A DNA stretch of 50,138 nucleotides from the NCBI GenBank assembly GCA_003971905.1, contig RSEE01000128.1, forward strand, positions 124,001 to 174,138. The letters are read 5' to 3'. The position numbers were made by a program, and so were the translations under genes. This document shows, piece by piece, positions 15,053-27,225 of the stretch; positions within the stretch are counted from its first letter, which is position 1, and each line of letters opens with the position of its first letter. The DNA is from Moniliella sp. 'wahieum' (lineage: Eukaryota). Below the pieces are notes generated by a model. It searched no databases. It was not told where the DNA came from and worked only from the letters and a program-made list of their open reading frames with translations.

Positions 15053-16898
15053 TCAGGGTCTCGAAGACGTGACAATCTTTTCCAGCTTTGCGTAGTCGGG
15101 CGTGCCGAGGCCTGTGACGGCGTCCCATCCTTTCTTGGCTGGGAACCCACGGCTCGCAGGCGGCCCCAGCTCCAGGCACCCGGCCGACGAACCAGAGACA
15201 ATATCGTTCAGGCCGGCCTGGCCGCGCTTGTACAAGAGCGGATTGACAAAGCCCAGCGACGGAAGCCCCTTGGCCGCACGCGCATCGTTGAGCAGCGCCA
15301 AGATGGAGGCATCGTAGGGGCGGCAGCAGAGGTGCCGCCAGTTGTTGCCCACATGTCACGATACCGAATCAAGTACCAGGACCCTTGGGCAGCGACGTCG
15401 GGTACGCCTCGCCCCTGCGAGTTGTAGTACGGCTGAAGCGCCTTGTCCAGCCCGTCCACGTAGGCTCCGACTACATCCTGCTGGTACCACGGCCGCTGGA
15501 ACAAGGTGGAGAAACCTCCGCCAGCGGTGTACTCCGCCCCGGTATCGTTCACGGCCACTTCGGGTGCGAACGCTTGCGTTGCGCCTACCGACAGGGCCCA
15601 GGGCAGGTCGAGGGGAATTGAGGCAAGAAGGTTTTTTTTGCCATTGACCTCGCACGTGTTGTTTTTCCCCACGCCATAGTCGCCCGAGGAAAAAAAGGCG
15701 GTCATACCACGGAGGGTGAGCAGCATAATGTCCTGGCACACACGCTGGGCGTACGAGGGGGCAACCGAGTACTCGTCGTCGTCGTACGACACGGAAAGGA
15801 CGTGAGGTAGCTCGTTGGCCGGAAGCAAGAGCAGGTGCTCGAACAGCGCAGCGAACGGCTCGTTGTTGTTGGTCGGCGTGTCGGATTGGTTGATCCAGGA
15901 ACCATGACCGCCGACGGAATAATAGGTCGTCGGTACGGGGTAGGCAAGCAGCGCTGCCTGAACATCCAAGTTACCCTCGACCCCAGCGGCCTTGCGGGAC
16001 TGGTTGTTGATGCCACCGTTGAGGGTGACGGTGCGGAAGGTATCGTTATTGGGGGGGAAGAGATGACGATAATAATCCTTGTACTCGGCGTAGTCTTGGT
16101 AATTGGCCCACTGGTTAAGGAAGCCAGCGATGGCCAACTTGGACTGGCCTTTTTTGGCTTGGAGCGTGCCATTGGTGGGGGTATTGTACAGTTTCTGGAT
16201 GCAGTTAAGCAGGTCATGCGGACGCTGCAGTAGCTGGGTACTGTGCGAGCGTGGGCGGCCTCTGAAGCGTGATCAACGCCTGGGGCAAATCGGGTTCAAC
16301 CCCATTAAAAATGTGAGGTACGATCTGGCGGCGAGGACGACCAAAGTGGGTGGAAGGGTAGACCAGGTCAACGTGATTGACAACCGAGCGTGGCAGGTGC
16401 ACCTCTTCGGCCCGGACTACCACATCGCCGTCTGACGGTGTCGATAGGTATGGAACTGGGCGCCGAGGAGGTCGCGTGCTTATCCATAGGTGGTATGGAT
16501 CGTAATCGAGTCGCCAGCCGGGGAGCGGCGCGCCATATCTTCTTGCATGCCATGCTCGGCCAGCCAGTGTGTGACAGCGGCGCGGGTGTGGGACGAGGGG
16601 GCAGTCAACGCTTCGACCTGGGTCTTGCTCAGCCACTGCCCGTACTGGCTGCTGTCGGGGTCGCTCACGCGCTGCAGCGGGATGCCAATGCGTCGATGCC
16701 GCGCCGGGCCAGCGCGAACGGATGGTGGCCGGCGCATCGTCAGCGACGGCCGCGCGGCGCTCCCAGCCGGGGGGGACGAGAGCGCGCTCCTTGAGCACAG
16801 CCGTGTGGGGTTGCGGCAGCGAGGCAGCAGCCGGGCCCTGGCCCAGGAAGCTGATGGCGACGAGGCGCGAGAAACGAGCGAGGGGGAAGCACCTTCAT
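15053..16898 (-). CDS. Secreted S53 sedolisin / tripeptidyl peptidase with prodomain
   Basis: Prodomain VSDPDSSQYGQWLS; catalytic EGNLDVQ, SVSY, SSGDYG, GRGVPDVAAQG, GGTSAAAP; C-terminal GWDAVTGLGTP. Confidence 0.93.
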
Positions 16899-17396
16899 GG
16901 GGGGGGAGGGGGATGCGCTGGGAACAAGGGGAGGGGATGGGGGTGGGCAGGAGGGCAGGAAGTCAGGAGAGCAGGAGGACAAGGAGGACTATATATACGT
17001 GGGGGTGGGCCAGCGAGAGTATATAAATACGCCCGCGAGAAGAAGAAGGCGGCTTCGTATAACCAGCGCCAGCGGCCAGGGTGTGGCTAGGAAAGCAGGT
17101 GGGCACGGGGCGCGTGTGGGCGGGGGCTAGGGTTGGGGCGCGTGTCGAGATGGGCAGACGATGGGTGATGTATGAGGTGGTGCATGACGGCTGCGAGAGA
17201 GGGCCGCCTCCGCGGTGTAACATGTAACTCTAACTTCGCCTGCGGGGCAGCTGCTATTTAGCAAACAGCACCCAGCCGCCCGCGCTCCCCCGCCCTTTGG
17301 CCCCGCCACCCGCACATCCATCAGCACATCCAACGCTCCTCCCACCGTCTTCTGACAGTGGGTTGGTACCCATCTAGAGCAACGCCCACAAAAAAA

Positions 17397-17480
17397 CGCC
17401 CCACGTGGACTCGAACCCACAACCGTGAGATGGACCTCTTGTATAAGAGTCTCAAATTCTACCGATTGAAATAACGAGGC
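17397..17480 (-). tRNA. tRNA-Lys(CTT) with 12-nt intron (17432-17443)
   Basis: GCCTCGT acceptor, AATCGGTA D loop, TGAGA/TCTCA anticodon stem with CTT, intron containing AAGAG, GGTTCGAGTCC B box, T-run terminator directly downstream. Confidence 0.88.
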
Positions 17481-17764
17481 GGTATGGCCCCTAACGTTAG
17501 ATGTAACATGGCGGATCCCAAGATGTTCCGACTTACCAGCTCTCCTTTTTTTTGCTTCTGTTGACGCTCACCTGCGTAGAAACGTCCCTATCAATACAAA
17601 CCCATAGCATAGCTTGCTGCCACTTGTGCGCCAACCACAATCAACTACAACACAAGCAAACAATCCCGGTGCCTATACTCCGCCGCCTCTTCCACAGTTG
17701 GTCCGCCATGGCGACGGAGAACATCTTCGCGCCGCCTGTGGCCCGCGAAAGTACGGATCGAGAT

Positions 17765-18212
17765 CTACTCGATGCCGTTCGCTCGGTCTTTCTGGTCCAG
17801 CACCACTTGCTCCTCGATGGTGTCTATCGCCTGCTCCAAAACCGCCAACTTTTTCCGGATCCAGCTGGCCGCTCTGATGGGCATGCTCCTCAGCCATGCG
17901 CCAAGTCCGGATCTCGTGCGCCCGAGATTCGTTGGCTTTGGTGAGCTCACCCTGCCGCTGCCGCCCATCGCGTTGTTGTCCCTGCCGTGCTGCCTTCTGC
18001 AAAAAAACGTTCAACACACGACGCCTCTTCTCCAAGTTTTTTTTTTCTTAATTCTTGGTGTTCTTCTGTTGACGCAGTGCCTCCAATCGTTCCCGCGCGC
18101 GGCCTCTGTCGGTTGCTTGGCGATGGGACGCAGGGGTGAGAGTGGCGTTCGAGCCGGCCCGCGCCCCAGGTGGAACACGGTATTGTAGTTGAACGTGTCG
18201 AGTTGCGTGCAT
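17765..18212 (-). CDS. Possible small charged coiled-coil protein or relic, divergent from prefoldin 3
   Basis: Stitched frames read RARERLEALRQQK / LEKRRRVLNVFLQK...ELTKANESRAHEI / IRKKLAVLEQAIDTIEEQVV. One stop and one frameshift; no family recognised. Confidence 0.3.
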
Positions 18213-18347
18213 GTCGCAGATACGGTCGCGGTCACGTGTGTGGCGGAAGACAGCGCGGCGCATCTGGTTTGGGGGATTGAAAGTTGGGCAAGCGGCGGAA
18301 TGGCGCCTGCGACGAGGCAGCAGAGCGAGAGGGAGAGAAGCCCACGC

Positions 18348-19402
18348 ATGAGTGCGCCACCACCACCACCAACCACGCCCAGCATGGCCGAACCCGCTGC
18401 CGGTCTGGCCCCCGCCTCGACACAGCAGGAGCCCAATCCCACCGGCATCCCAGCTGCCCCCTTCATTGTGCGTACCGTACCCCTTTTTCCTGCGCGGCGC
18501 GTGGCGGACGTGCGCGACGAGGCTGACGCGGGACACCAGGACGATGTGGCCTCGTTTCTCGGTGGCGAACAGGGAGGTGGAACCGACCTGAAAAAGTTCC
18601 AGGATGATGTCGTACTAGCATCTTCCTTGTTCGTGTGTGCGCGGCGGGTGCGGATGGATGGATGTGGCTGGGAGGGAGGGGGGTATTGGGGTGGATCGGC
18701 GCGGACGGCATGGCGCTAGCGCGAGAGGAAGAAAAGTAACTAACTTTTGTGGATGGTGTGTTGCAGCAAATACAAGTTTATGGAAGCGAGCACGACCCAG
18801 CGCCGCCTTGCGCTCGAAGACAGATTCCCGACATTGAGCAGACGCTGGACATGGTGCGCTTGTTGAAGCAACACAAAGACGCGGCGGCGGCCAACACGGA
18901 TGGCGACGCTGACAAGGAAGAATGAGACGACGTTTGAGCTCAACGACACCCTCTTTGCCCACGCCACCCTCGAGCCGGTCGAGACGGTCAACCTCTGGCT
19001 TGGTGTACGTACCTCCCTCCCCCCCTCCCCTTGTTCCCCTCTCCGGCCTGTCCCCTTGTGTGGCCTGTACCGCACAGGGCGTGGAGGGCGTGAAAAGCTG
19101 CAGTATGCCCAGCATGACTGACCTCCGCCCCTCGGTACCGCAGCCAATGTATGCTCACGTTCCCCTGACGAGGCAATGGAGCTACTGAGCAGCAAGCTGG
19201 CCAGTGCCCAGGCCTCCTTGGTCACCGCCAACGCGACATGCTCTTCCTCCGCGACCAGATTACCATTATGGAGTGAATACGGCGCGTGTGCACAACTTTG
19301 ATGTCAAGCGGCGCCGCATGCGGCGCCTGGCTGAGGCCGAGGCGAACAACGCCAGGTTCCGGTTCCGGTGCCGGTGCGACGGCAACGGCAACGGCGGCTT
19401 GA
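18348..19402 (+). CDS. PAC10: Prefoldin subunit 3; introns about 18468-18539, 18612-18766, 19005-19143
   Basis: NPTGIPAAPFI, KYKFME, IPDIEQTLDMV, ETTFELNDTLFAHA, VNLWLG, ANV, LRDQIT, VNTARVHNFDVKRRR. Confidence 0.93.
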
Positions 19403-19857
19403 ACAAGGCATGTGGGGCAACTCGATACTACAACGAGGGCGGTGCCGTAGGCCAACGGCTAACGACAAACGACAGACGATAGACGATAGACGATGCAGAG
19501 GAGGGCAGACTGAGCGACGGTACTGTAGATAGCACACCACAAACAACATGGGAACAGGGATGGCGTTCGTCCTAAACGAGACATGGGAGGACCGGGTATG
19601 GCATGCTACAGTTATCCGAGAAGGGTCTCCTAGAAGGCGAGGGGAGAAGGCAAGCGAGAAATGGGGGGGGGATGGGCAAACGACAACACGCCTCGTCTCC
19701 CCTTCCGACCCAGGGCAAAGGGTGGAGGGATATGAAAACAGGAACCACGACGCCGTACGGGGCAGGGGAGGACTAAGACGGAGATGAACAAGACAGGGAA
19801 GGGAGGCGGGGTGGGAAGCCATAAGGGAAGCAGCAGGTGGGGAGAACGGGCAGGGCG

Positions 19858-20415
19858 TTAGTTCCACAACCGCTTGAACGCCTGTTTCCAGCGACGGGTC
19901 CGGGGCGCAGGTTCGGACCGGCGACGGGCCCCACCCACCGGGTGGGCGGCAGTGGAAGAGGAAGAGGAGGCTACGCGCTCGGACCAGGAGCGGGACAGGC
20001 CGGCAGCCCGGCGGCCTGGTCCATCATGCGGTCCATGGCCGCTTCCGCGAGCTGGTCCGCTTGCATCTGGGCGCGCTGGGCCGGATAGACGTAGACAAAG
20101 TCGCCCCGCGGGATGAGGGTGGGCGATTCGGAGGGACAGAGCCAACGAGCGTCGCCGTTTCCGCCCCCAGTCTCGGCCCTGGAGAGGGGGGCGGAGGCGG
20201 GGGCAGGGGCAGGGCAGGGGCAAGGGCAGGGGCAGGGGCAGGGCGCGGGAGAACGAGGTAGGGAGGGCGGTAGGCGGCGGTGAGGTTGCCACGGTGGTGG
20301 AGCGTGCGCCAAATGCGGTCGGCACGGTCGAGCTCCTCGCGCGTGACGCGCTGGGAGGGCGGGAGGAGAAGCATGCCGGCCGGCGGGCTGAGGGCGGGGT
20401 GGATGGCAGGGCCAT
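19858..20415 (-). CDS. Hypothetical Pro-rich protein
   Basis: Collinear protein-like segments across frameshifts (REELDRADRIWRTLHHRG; IPRGDFVYVYPAQRAQMQADQLAEAAMDRMM; RRWKQAFKRLWN). No family recognised. Confidence 0.45.
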   Translation of the reverse strand: MALPSTPPSARRPACFSSRPPSASRARSSTVPTAFGARSTTVATSPPPTALPTSFSRALPLPLPLPLPCPCPRLRPPLQGRDWGRKRRRSLALSLRIAHPHPAGRLCLRLSGPARPDASGPARGSGHGPHDGPGRRAAGLSRSWSERVASSSSSTAAHPVGGARRRSEPAPRTRRWKQAFKRLWN

Positions 20416-20842
20416 GGTGTGGAGGTGGAGGGGGGGGTGGAGGAGGAGGAGGAGGCGGTGGTGGTGGTGGTGAGCGATGGACAAGTAAGCCGATCGCTGG
20501 CCTGGTCGCCGCAGATAGCAGCTGTCTGCTACGTGATACGGCGAGATGTCCCATGTCGCAAGCCATCCCCGGGGCACGTGACCGGATAAATGATGCGTGG
20601 GCTAGGGTTGCGCCTGGGCTGCCGCCTGGCCCGTGCAGGCTGGGATGAGATCATGTGATGGTGTGATGATGTGATGAGGGTGGAGCGACTGATCGTCCAT
20701 CTGATCTTGCCACGCCGAGTGCAGCGCCCTCCTCGCGCCGCCTGTCGACCGCTGTCGCCATCGCCGCCCCCATCGCCGCCCTCGCCGCCCCCACCGCCGC
20801 CATCGCCGCCCCCACCGCCGCCATCGCCGCCCCACCGCCGCC

Positions 20843-22720
20843 ATGCCCCCCCCCGCGCCGGCCTCCTCCAGCGCCTCGGCCTGCGCGCATCCGTCGCCCC
20901 GCCGCGGTGGCCGGCGCAATGCTCCACGCGGCCGCCGCGATCCTGCTGGTGGTTGTGGTGAATGCGCTGCAGCCCGTGCTGCTCCGCCTCGTCCTGCCTG
21001 CCCACACGCCCAACCTGACCCAGCTCAACGCCGCCTTGGTTCTGCTCGACGAGCTCGTCGGCCTCTCCTGCGCTCTCCCCTGGGCGCCTGGGCCGCCGCA
21101 CCGCCCACCCAGTGCGGCGTGTGCGCACCGTCATCCTCAGCGGCTACCTCCTCATCGCCTTTCCTTGGCCCTCTTTGCCCTCCCGCCCCCCACCGCCTTC
21201 CTGCCGTCACCCGCTCCTCCTCGTCTCCCTTGCGCGCGCGGTCTTTGCCGCCGGCGCCAATGCCGTGACCACCATGCTCAGCGGTACGTCTCTCCCGCCC
21301 GGCCAGGCGTCCCGCTTGTGCGCCTTGCGTACTGACCTCCCCCCCCCCCCCCAGCCATCCTTGCCGCATTCGCTGCCCCTTCTTCCACGCCAGCGCCTCC
21401 CACGTCCCCGCGCCCCAGGCAGAGCGGGAAGGGGACGAGACGACGCCGCTGCTGCCGCAGGAACGCAAGGGGGTTGGTCGGGTAGCGGCCGCTGCAGGCC
21501 TGTGCGCTGGTGGCGGTGCGTTGGTAGCCGTGTTTGGGGTGGTACGCTTGCCCCGCGGCTGGCTGGGGTAGGGTCGGATGACACTCCCGCCTTGCTCGAC
21601 GGGGTGTACGGGTGACGTTTGCGCTGTGTGCGCTGCTGTCCGTCGTGGTGGCCGCCGGGATAAGGGCGCTGCTGCTCCGCTCCCTGGTCCCCAAGACGCC
21701 GAGCCGCCCCCACCCGCTCCTCTAGTCCGGGAAACGACCGCGATGCGCGTCGCGCGCGCCATCGCCTGCGCATGGAGCGGCGCCAGGCACAGACTTGGCA
21801 CCGCAGGCTGCCCAGGGCCGGCAACGGATGACAAGCGCGTTCGCCCTGATTCGAACCAGCTTTATGCCTTGCCGAGAGGCGGACGAGGCGCGAGCACGGG
21901 CGCACGCTTGCTGCGGTCCGCGCTGCTGGGCAGCGCCTTGGCGCGCAGCGCATCGGTCGCGATTGCCTCTTTGGTACCGGCGTTGGTGGTGGAGTACTTT
22001 TATGCGTCGGGCACCTGTGCGCCCGGCGCCGGCGAGCTTAAGGAAACGTGTCGCGTCGCGTTTACTGTCATTGCCATCCTGGGCGGCACGGCCCCAACTT
22101 GTCTCGCTCCTCGTTGCCTTCCCAGCCGGCTGGGGCAGCGACCGTCTAGGCCGCGCCGCGCCCGGGCGCAGGCGCCGGCGTCATCCTCATCCTCGCCTCT
22201 GCTTTGCCTCGCTGCGGCCGTCGGACTAGCTGGACTGCCACCACGCTCACCGACCCGCGCAGCGCAGTCGCCATCGTCGCTGCGTGCAGCTTGGGTGCAG
22301 CCAGATGACCGCCACGGTCGCCAGCATGGCGCTTCTCCCCCCAGCGCGCGACCAGCTGCGCTCAGATGCAGGCGAGCGTGGCGGCGGTGTACAGTCTGCT
22401 GGGCAGCGTGGCATCCGCTCCTCGCGGGTGCAGGCGCCGTCGCGGGACAGCTGCAAGGCCTGGCTTGGGGCGCACTGGGCGGCTGGCGGCGTGCTCAGCG
22501 GTCGCGGCGCGGCGCGCTGCCTAGCGCCATGCGGACCGCTCCGTGGGCGGATCACAAGGTGTGGTTACTGGTGAAGGGAGATGGGTACTTTTGCAATACG
22601 TTCTTCATTGCATCGGCCATTACAGAAGTAGTCTTTTGGGACCACGCTTTGCGGATGAGGCGCTGGATTGAACTGGCACAGGGTCGGGATGTGTTGCGAA
22701 AGACGATGCATGGCTGCTAG
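20843..22720 (+). CDS. MFS-like multi-pass membrane protein; intron about 21284-21354
   Basis: Several hydrophobic helices (AILLVVVVNALQP; SLARAVFAAGANAVTTML; AFTVIAILGGT) and a motif-A-like LVAFPAGWGSDRLGR. The 3' end is uncertain. Confidence 0.7.
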
Positions 22721-22958
22721 GAGCGAGCCCTCCATGCATGTGCATCTCGGATACGTACACAAAAGACAAAATGAACTAATACCTCGATTTCTTTGGAGGA
22801 ATACGCAAATGGAGAGAGAATACTAATCAAGTTCCAGAGACGTACGAACGAGACGGGTTCTGACCCCCCCCCCCTCGGTCCCAATGACGTTAATGACGAC
22901 GTTGGGACTGCGATACCAACTGCGCCCAGCAAAAAAAACTGTTTGGGTGCCAAGAGCT

Positions 22959-23043
22959 GCTATACTGCATCCATATCATTCATAAAGCTTAAGGCTGGGA
23001 CAGGGGAACGCTACGCCTAAACCGACCTGTTCATCTTGCTATA
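22959..23043 (+). repeat. Dispersed repeat of about 85 bp, copy 1
   Basis: CTATACTGCATCCATATCATTCATAAAGCTTAAGGCTGGGACAGGGGAACGCTACGCCTAAACCGACCTGTTCATC aligns with 27143-27225. Confidence 0.85.
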
Positions 23044-24791
23044 CTGTTACCGGAGCGAGGGTCTGGTTTGGGAAATTTCGATGACGGCAGATTGAGGATC
23101 ATTATCTATCGCTCATATGATTAGGTCCATTATGCCCATTGTACATAGCTAATCGAAAATGCTGGTAACAAGGTTCCGGATAGATATGTGAGGACTACGT
23201 ACAAAATTCAAGGTGGGCAAGGCTGTGCAAGATTGTGCGCAAGAAATTTCGATTAGCCATGTACTTAATAGACGCTTGCAGCTACGTATCCAACATTCTC
23301 CCGAGTTGCGGACCCAGTTGGTGAGAACCGTCGCTGAAGGCCGAAGAACCTGACCTGCTGCCGATGGCGCTGTTGGCCTGCTACTAATACGATTTGATGG
23401 TGGGGCAGGAGCTACTGAAAATGTCGCGGGTGAGCGTTGGTTGAGCACCGAGTGAAGCGCGCGATGAGCGCTGAGGCGCTGAGGGAAGATGGTGGGCGGG
23501 CGTATATTATACGGGTTTCCCGTGTCTATGTGCCGCCTGGACTAGGTCTGCTTGCTAGGATATAAGCTTCGGTTTGCCAGAGACTGATATGATTTGGAGG
23601 CAAGCTGTGAATAGGGAGGAGGCGCACACGTCAGAGAAGGCAGGGGTGGAGCTGCAGCTGATACAGCTGCCCGGTGCTTGTTGGCCGCAGAACGATGTCC
23701 GTGCGGGCGGGTGGAGCAGGGGGGAGGAAGCGTTGCTGCAGCAACAGAGGCAAATGAATTGAGAGTGGGGGGAGCGGGGCTGCTGCCGGTGTGGATTGTG
23801 TGCGAGAAGGGGCGTGCGCCAAGCACAGCTCCAACTGCGCCAGAAGGGCGTGGTGTTGGTGGCTTGGCGCGGGATCCGTAGCCAGAGCGTTGCAGGGTCG
23901 GTTAGAGATCAGTGGCCGTGTTGCTGATGGGCAAACAACAAGACCCATGCTCGATCCGCCTCTCATCGCCCTGCCGCACACCAGTCTTATATCGGGTGAA
24001 TTGCCGCACGGATGCGAGAGTGTTGAGCGCAGTTGCTTAGCAGCAAGCAACCACCACCACCGAAGCACACCGACGTGCACATAGCACGCTCAGGGCAGTC
24101 GTGTTGGTGGGGGCGCACTGCCTCTGCTGCGAACCAGCCTGTCGCCCGTGCATTACCCGTTCGGTGATTGTGAGCGCAGTAGCCGTACTAGCGGTAGGAG
24201 CAGTACTTGGCACCTGGCCAGGCGGAGGGACAGGCCCTTCTCCGGTGGCCCCGTCAGCTCTGTCTCGCCCGTCCGCCCGACTGGGGGAGATGCTGATGCA
24301 GCGCCCTCCATCCGAGGGCTGTATATGGTGGACTCGGGCGGCGGCGGACATGCTGGTGGCTGATGGCTGAGATGCCTCGATGTGGCGGGAGGAGAAGGTG
24401 CGTGTTTGTGTTGCAAAAAGGGGCAGGATATAGTAGCGTTGGTGTTGGGCGTGTGTTGCTTGTGTTTTGTGTGTGTTGCGCGTGGTTGTCGCCGCCCCGC
24501 TCCTCCCGGCCATCTCTGCCGTGGGAGCACCACCGCCCCTTTGGCTTCCGCGCCCACCGGCGCCTCCCCCCCCAGCAGAGATAGCAGCATCACCGCGCTT
24601 ATATACCACCGCCGCCAGATCGACCCCCCCCCCCCCCCACCCTTCTCCCTCCCCGCTGTCGCCAACCTGAGCGCCGCCAGCCGTCTCGCCCCGCCCCCCC
24701 TGCCCTGCCTTGTCGCTCTCACACTGCCTATTCTCCTTCTCGCCCCACCCCCACCCTTCCCGAGCACCCGTCTGGACCAGCCCCCCTCACC

Positions 24792-26377
24792 ATGAATCCC
24801 AACGTCGTCGACCTCACCATCGCCCCCGTGGACGCCGTCGAGCGCTACCTCGACCCCACCGCCGAGGTCAGCATGCGCGCCCTCGTTGCCCCCAAGGAGG
24901 CAGGCATCATCATCGGCCGCGGCGGACAACACGTCGCATCGCTTCGCGAGAAGACAGGGGTCAAAGCCGGGGTGAGCAAGGTGCTGCCTCGCGTTCATCG
25001 TGTTCTCACTCTCACTGGTCCCCTGAATGGCGTGGCCGAGGCCTTTGGTCTGATTTCCCAGGCCTTTATTGATACCGCCGCTTCCTCCGTCTCGTCTCCG
25101 GCCTCGCAAGACTCCTCGAACCCGCCACACCTACTAGCACCGAGGGCGGCCGCATGGATTTGCTCCCCGACACTCCCATTTCTCCCCAAGACTCTCTTAC
25201 CAGTGTCGAAAAAGACCTTGTCCCTCCTCCTCTTTCTTCCCCCGCCACCCCGGTTTCTTCCGCCGACGTGCCCAGCACATCCACTACCACCATCCGTATC
25301 CTTCTCTCCCATATGATTGTGGGCGTGGTGATTGGAAACAAGGAAGCAACATCAAGGCCATCCAAGAAGCCAGCGGGACGCGCATGGTGGCCACCAAGGA
25401 AATGCTGCCCAATTCGACTGAGCGGGTGATTGACATTACTGGCACGGCGACCGCCATCCAACAGGCTGTCGCCGAGGTGGCCCGGTGCCTCGTGTCGGAA
25501 TGGGAGCGCGCCCAAGGCACGGTGCTGTACGACCCCGACCCGTCCGATGGCCCTGCGTCCAGCTGCGTTGGTACGCCCTACTCGGCTACCGCGTCCACCT
25601 TGAGGCACGGCATGCGTTCCCCTGCGAAACACGAGTATCCTGCCCCTCCTCTCTCTTCCTTCCCTGATGCCCCCTTTGCCCCTCTCTTCCCCCCGCGCGC
25701 TGGCCTGGGCCTGGGCGCGGGCTTGGATTTGTTTGGCGCCAGCGCAGCCCAGTACCGCTACACTGCCCACCTTGCGTCCCTGCAACACCAGCGTGTCTTT
25801 CCGCCCACGGGCATTCCCTCGGGCAGCGCTACCTCGCCCGCAGCCATTGCGCGAGCAGCGGCCCAGGGCGCAGCTGTCGCCCCCGGCGGCGGCTTTGTAG
25901 CTGGTGGCATCACGGGAATTGGACCGGGAACGGCACCGGCCGTGGTAGATGCGGCCAACCTGCGCACCCAGAACATTTCCATCCCTGCTGACATGGTGGG
26001 ATGCATCATTGGCAAAGGTGGCGCACGCATCACCGAGATTCGCCGCCTGAGTGGTTCTCGCATCTCCATTGCTAAGGTCTCTCACACAGCGTCGGGAGAA
26101 CGGCTGTTTACCATCCAGGGAACGCCAGCGTCGAACGAGAAAGCGTTGTACTTGATGTATAACCAGGTACGTCCTTGGAGCCTTGGATTCAACCTCTCTG
26201 GGGCCTGCCATTTCATGTTGCATGAAGGTGCCCAGTTCCAGACCACATGCACACCCGCTGATCCTTTTCCTGACTCCCCCCCCCCCCCCCCCGCCCTCCT
26301 TTCAGCTTGAAACGGAGAAGGAACGCCGCCAAACAGGACGCTCTCCCGCGCTTGGAGCCCATTCAACGGGAGGGTGA
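24792..26377 (+). CDS. Triple KH-domain RNA-binding protein (Rnc1/Hek2/Pbp2-like); intron 26167-26305
   Basis: KH1 EAGIIIGRGG; KH2 VGVVIGNK...MVATKEMLPNSTERVIDITG; KH3 TQNISIPADMVGCIIGKGGARITEIRRLSGSRISIAK...GERLFTIQG. Confidence 0.93.
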
Positions 26378-27142
26378 GCGCTCAGATCAGCCACGAGGGA
26401 TTGTAACCAAGAGGGATTGTAACCATCACTCTGGTCTACTGTTCCCTCCTTTTCTGGTCCGCAACAGCTCAGGCTGCATTTCGTGTCATCGATCATCTCA
26501 GCAGTATACGCATCCACCAGTTGTCAATACGCGTTTTTTGTCGTTCTCGTTTTGTGTTTCGGAGACCGGTTGAGAAGTGCCCTGAAATCGTAGTACGCTG
26601 CTACAGTCGGGCCGAGGGGCCGAGGGTCGCGACTAGATACAAACACGCATGAATCTTGTTTCGATCTTAAGTGGGGTTTGCGAGTCTCACATGGGTCTGC
26701 AGCCGTGGCGGAGGCTTGAGGCCAGCTTGAGGGGGAGAGTGGCAAGGGGAGGAAGCCATTGCGACGGGTACTGACTAGCGCGAGTGGTAGTAGTATGGGG
26801 TGCGTGAACTCCTCCTTAAAGCTTAACGAGACAACTGCGTCAGATACAACAAAGCGTTGCAGCATTAGGCGATTTTGGCGACCCGTTGGTGTATCTGCAA
26901 AACACATACGCTACAATCCACTGAAGAGATACGATCTATAATAGAACTGTGTAGGGGTAAGATAACTGTAGGAGCATGAAATTCAACGACGTTATCATGC
27001 ACCTCTTCGACACTCGTGTGTGCTCTCAACACTCTTCTGGAGACCTCCCTCACTTGATGACATCAATGCTACCACAGAATGACCTTGGTTCACACAGGCT
27101 CTCTGTTTCTCATCAGCTGCCAAGTTTCATGTATGTGCGTGG

Positions 27143-27225
27143 GCTATATTGCATCGATATCATTGACAGAGCTTAAGGCTGGGACAGGGAAACGCTACGC
27201 TTAAACCAAACCGTTCATCGCTATA
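27143..27225 (+). repeat. Dispersed repeat of about 85 bp, copy 2
   Basis: CTATATTGCATCGATATCATTGACAGAGCTTAAGGCTGGGACAGGGAAACGCTACGCTTAAACCAAACCGTTCATC, same orientation as copy 1. Confidence 0.85.

Noticed and set aside
20195..20845. GGGGCA, GGA/GGT and CATCGCCGCCCC repeats
   Set aside because: Ordinary low-complexity or microsatellite sequence in a Pro-rich ORF and 5' regions.
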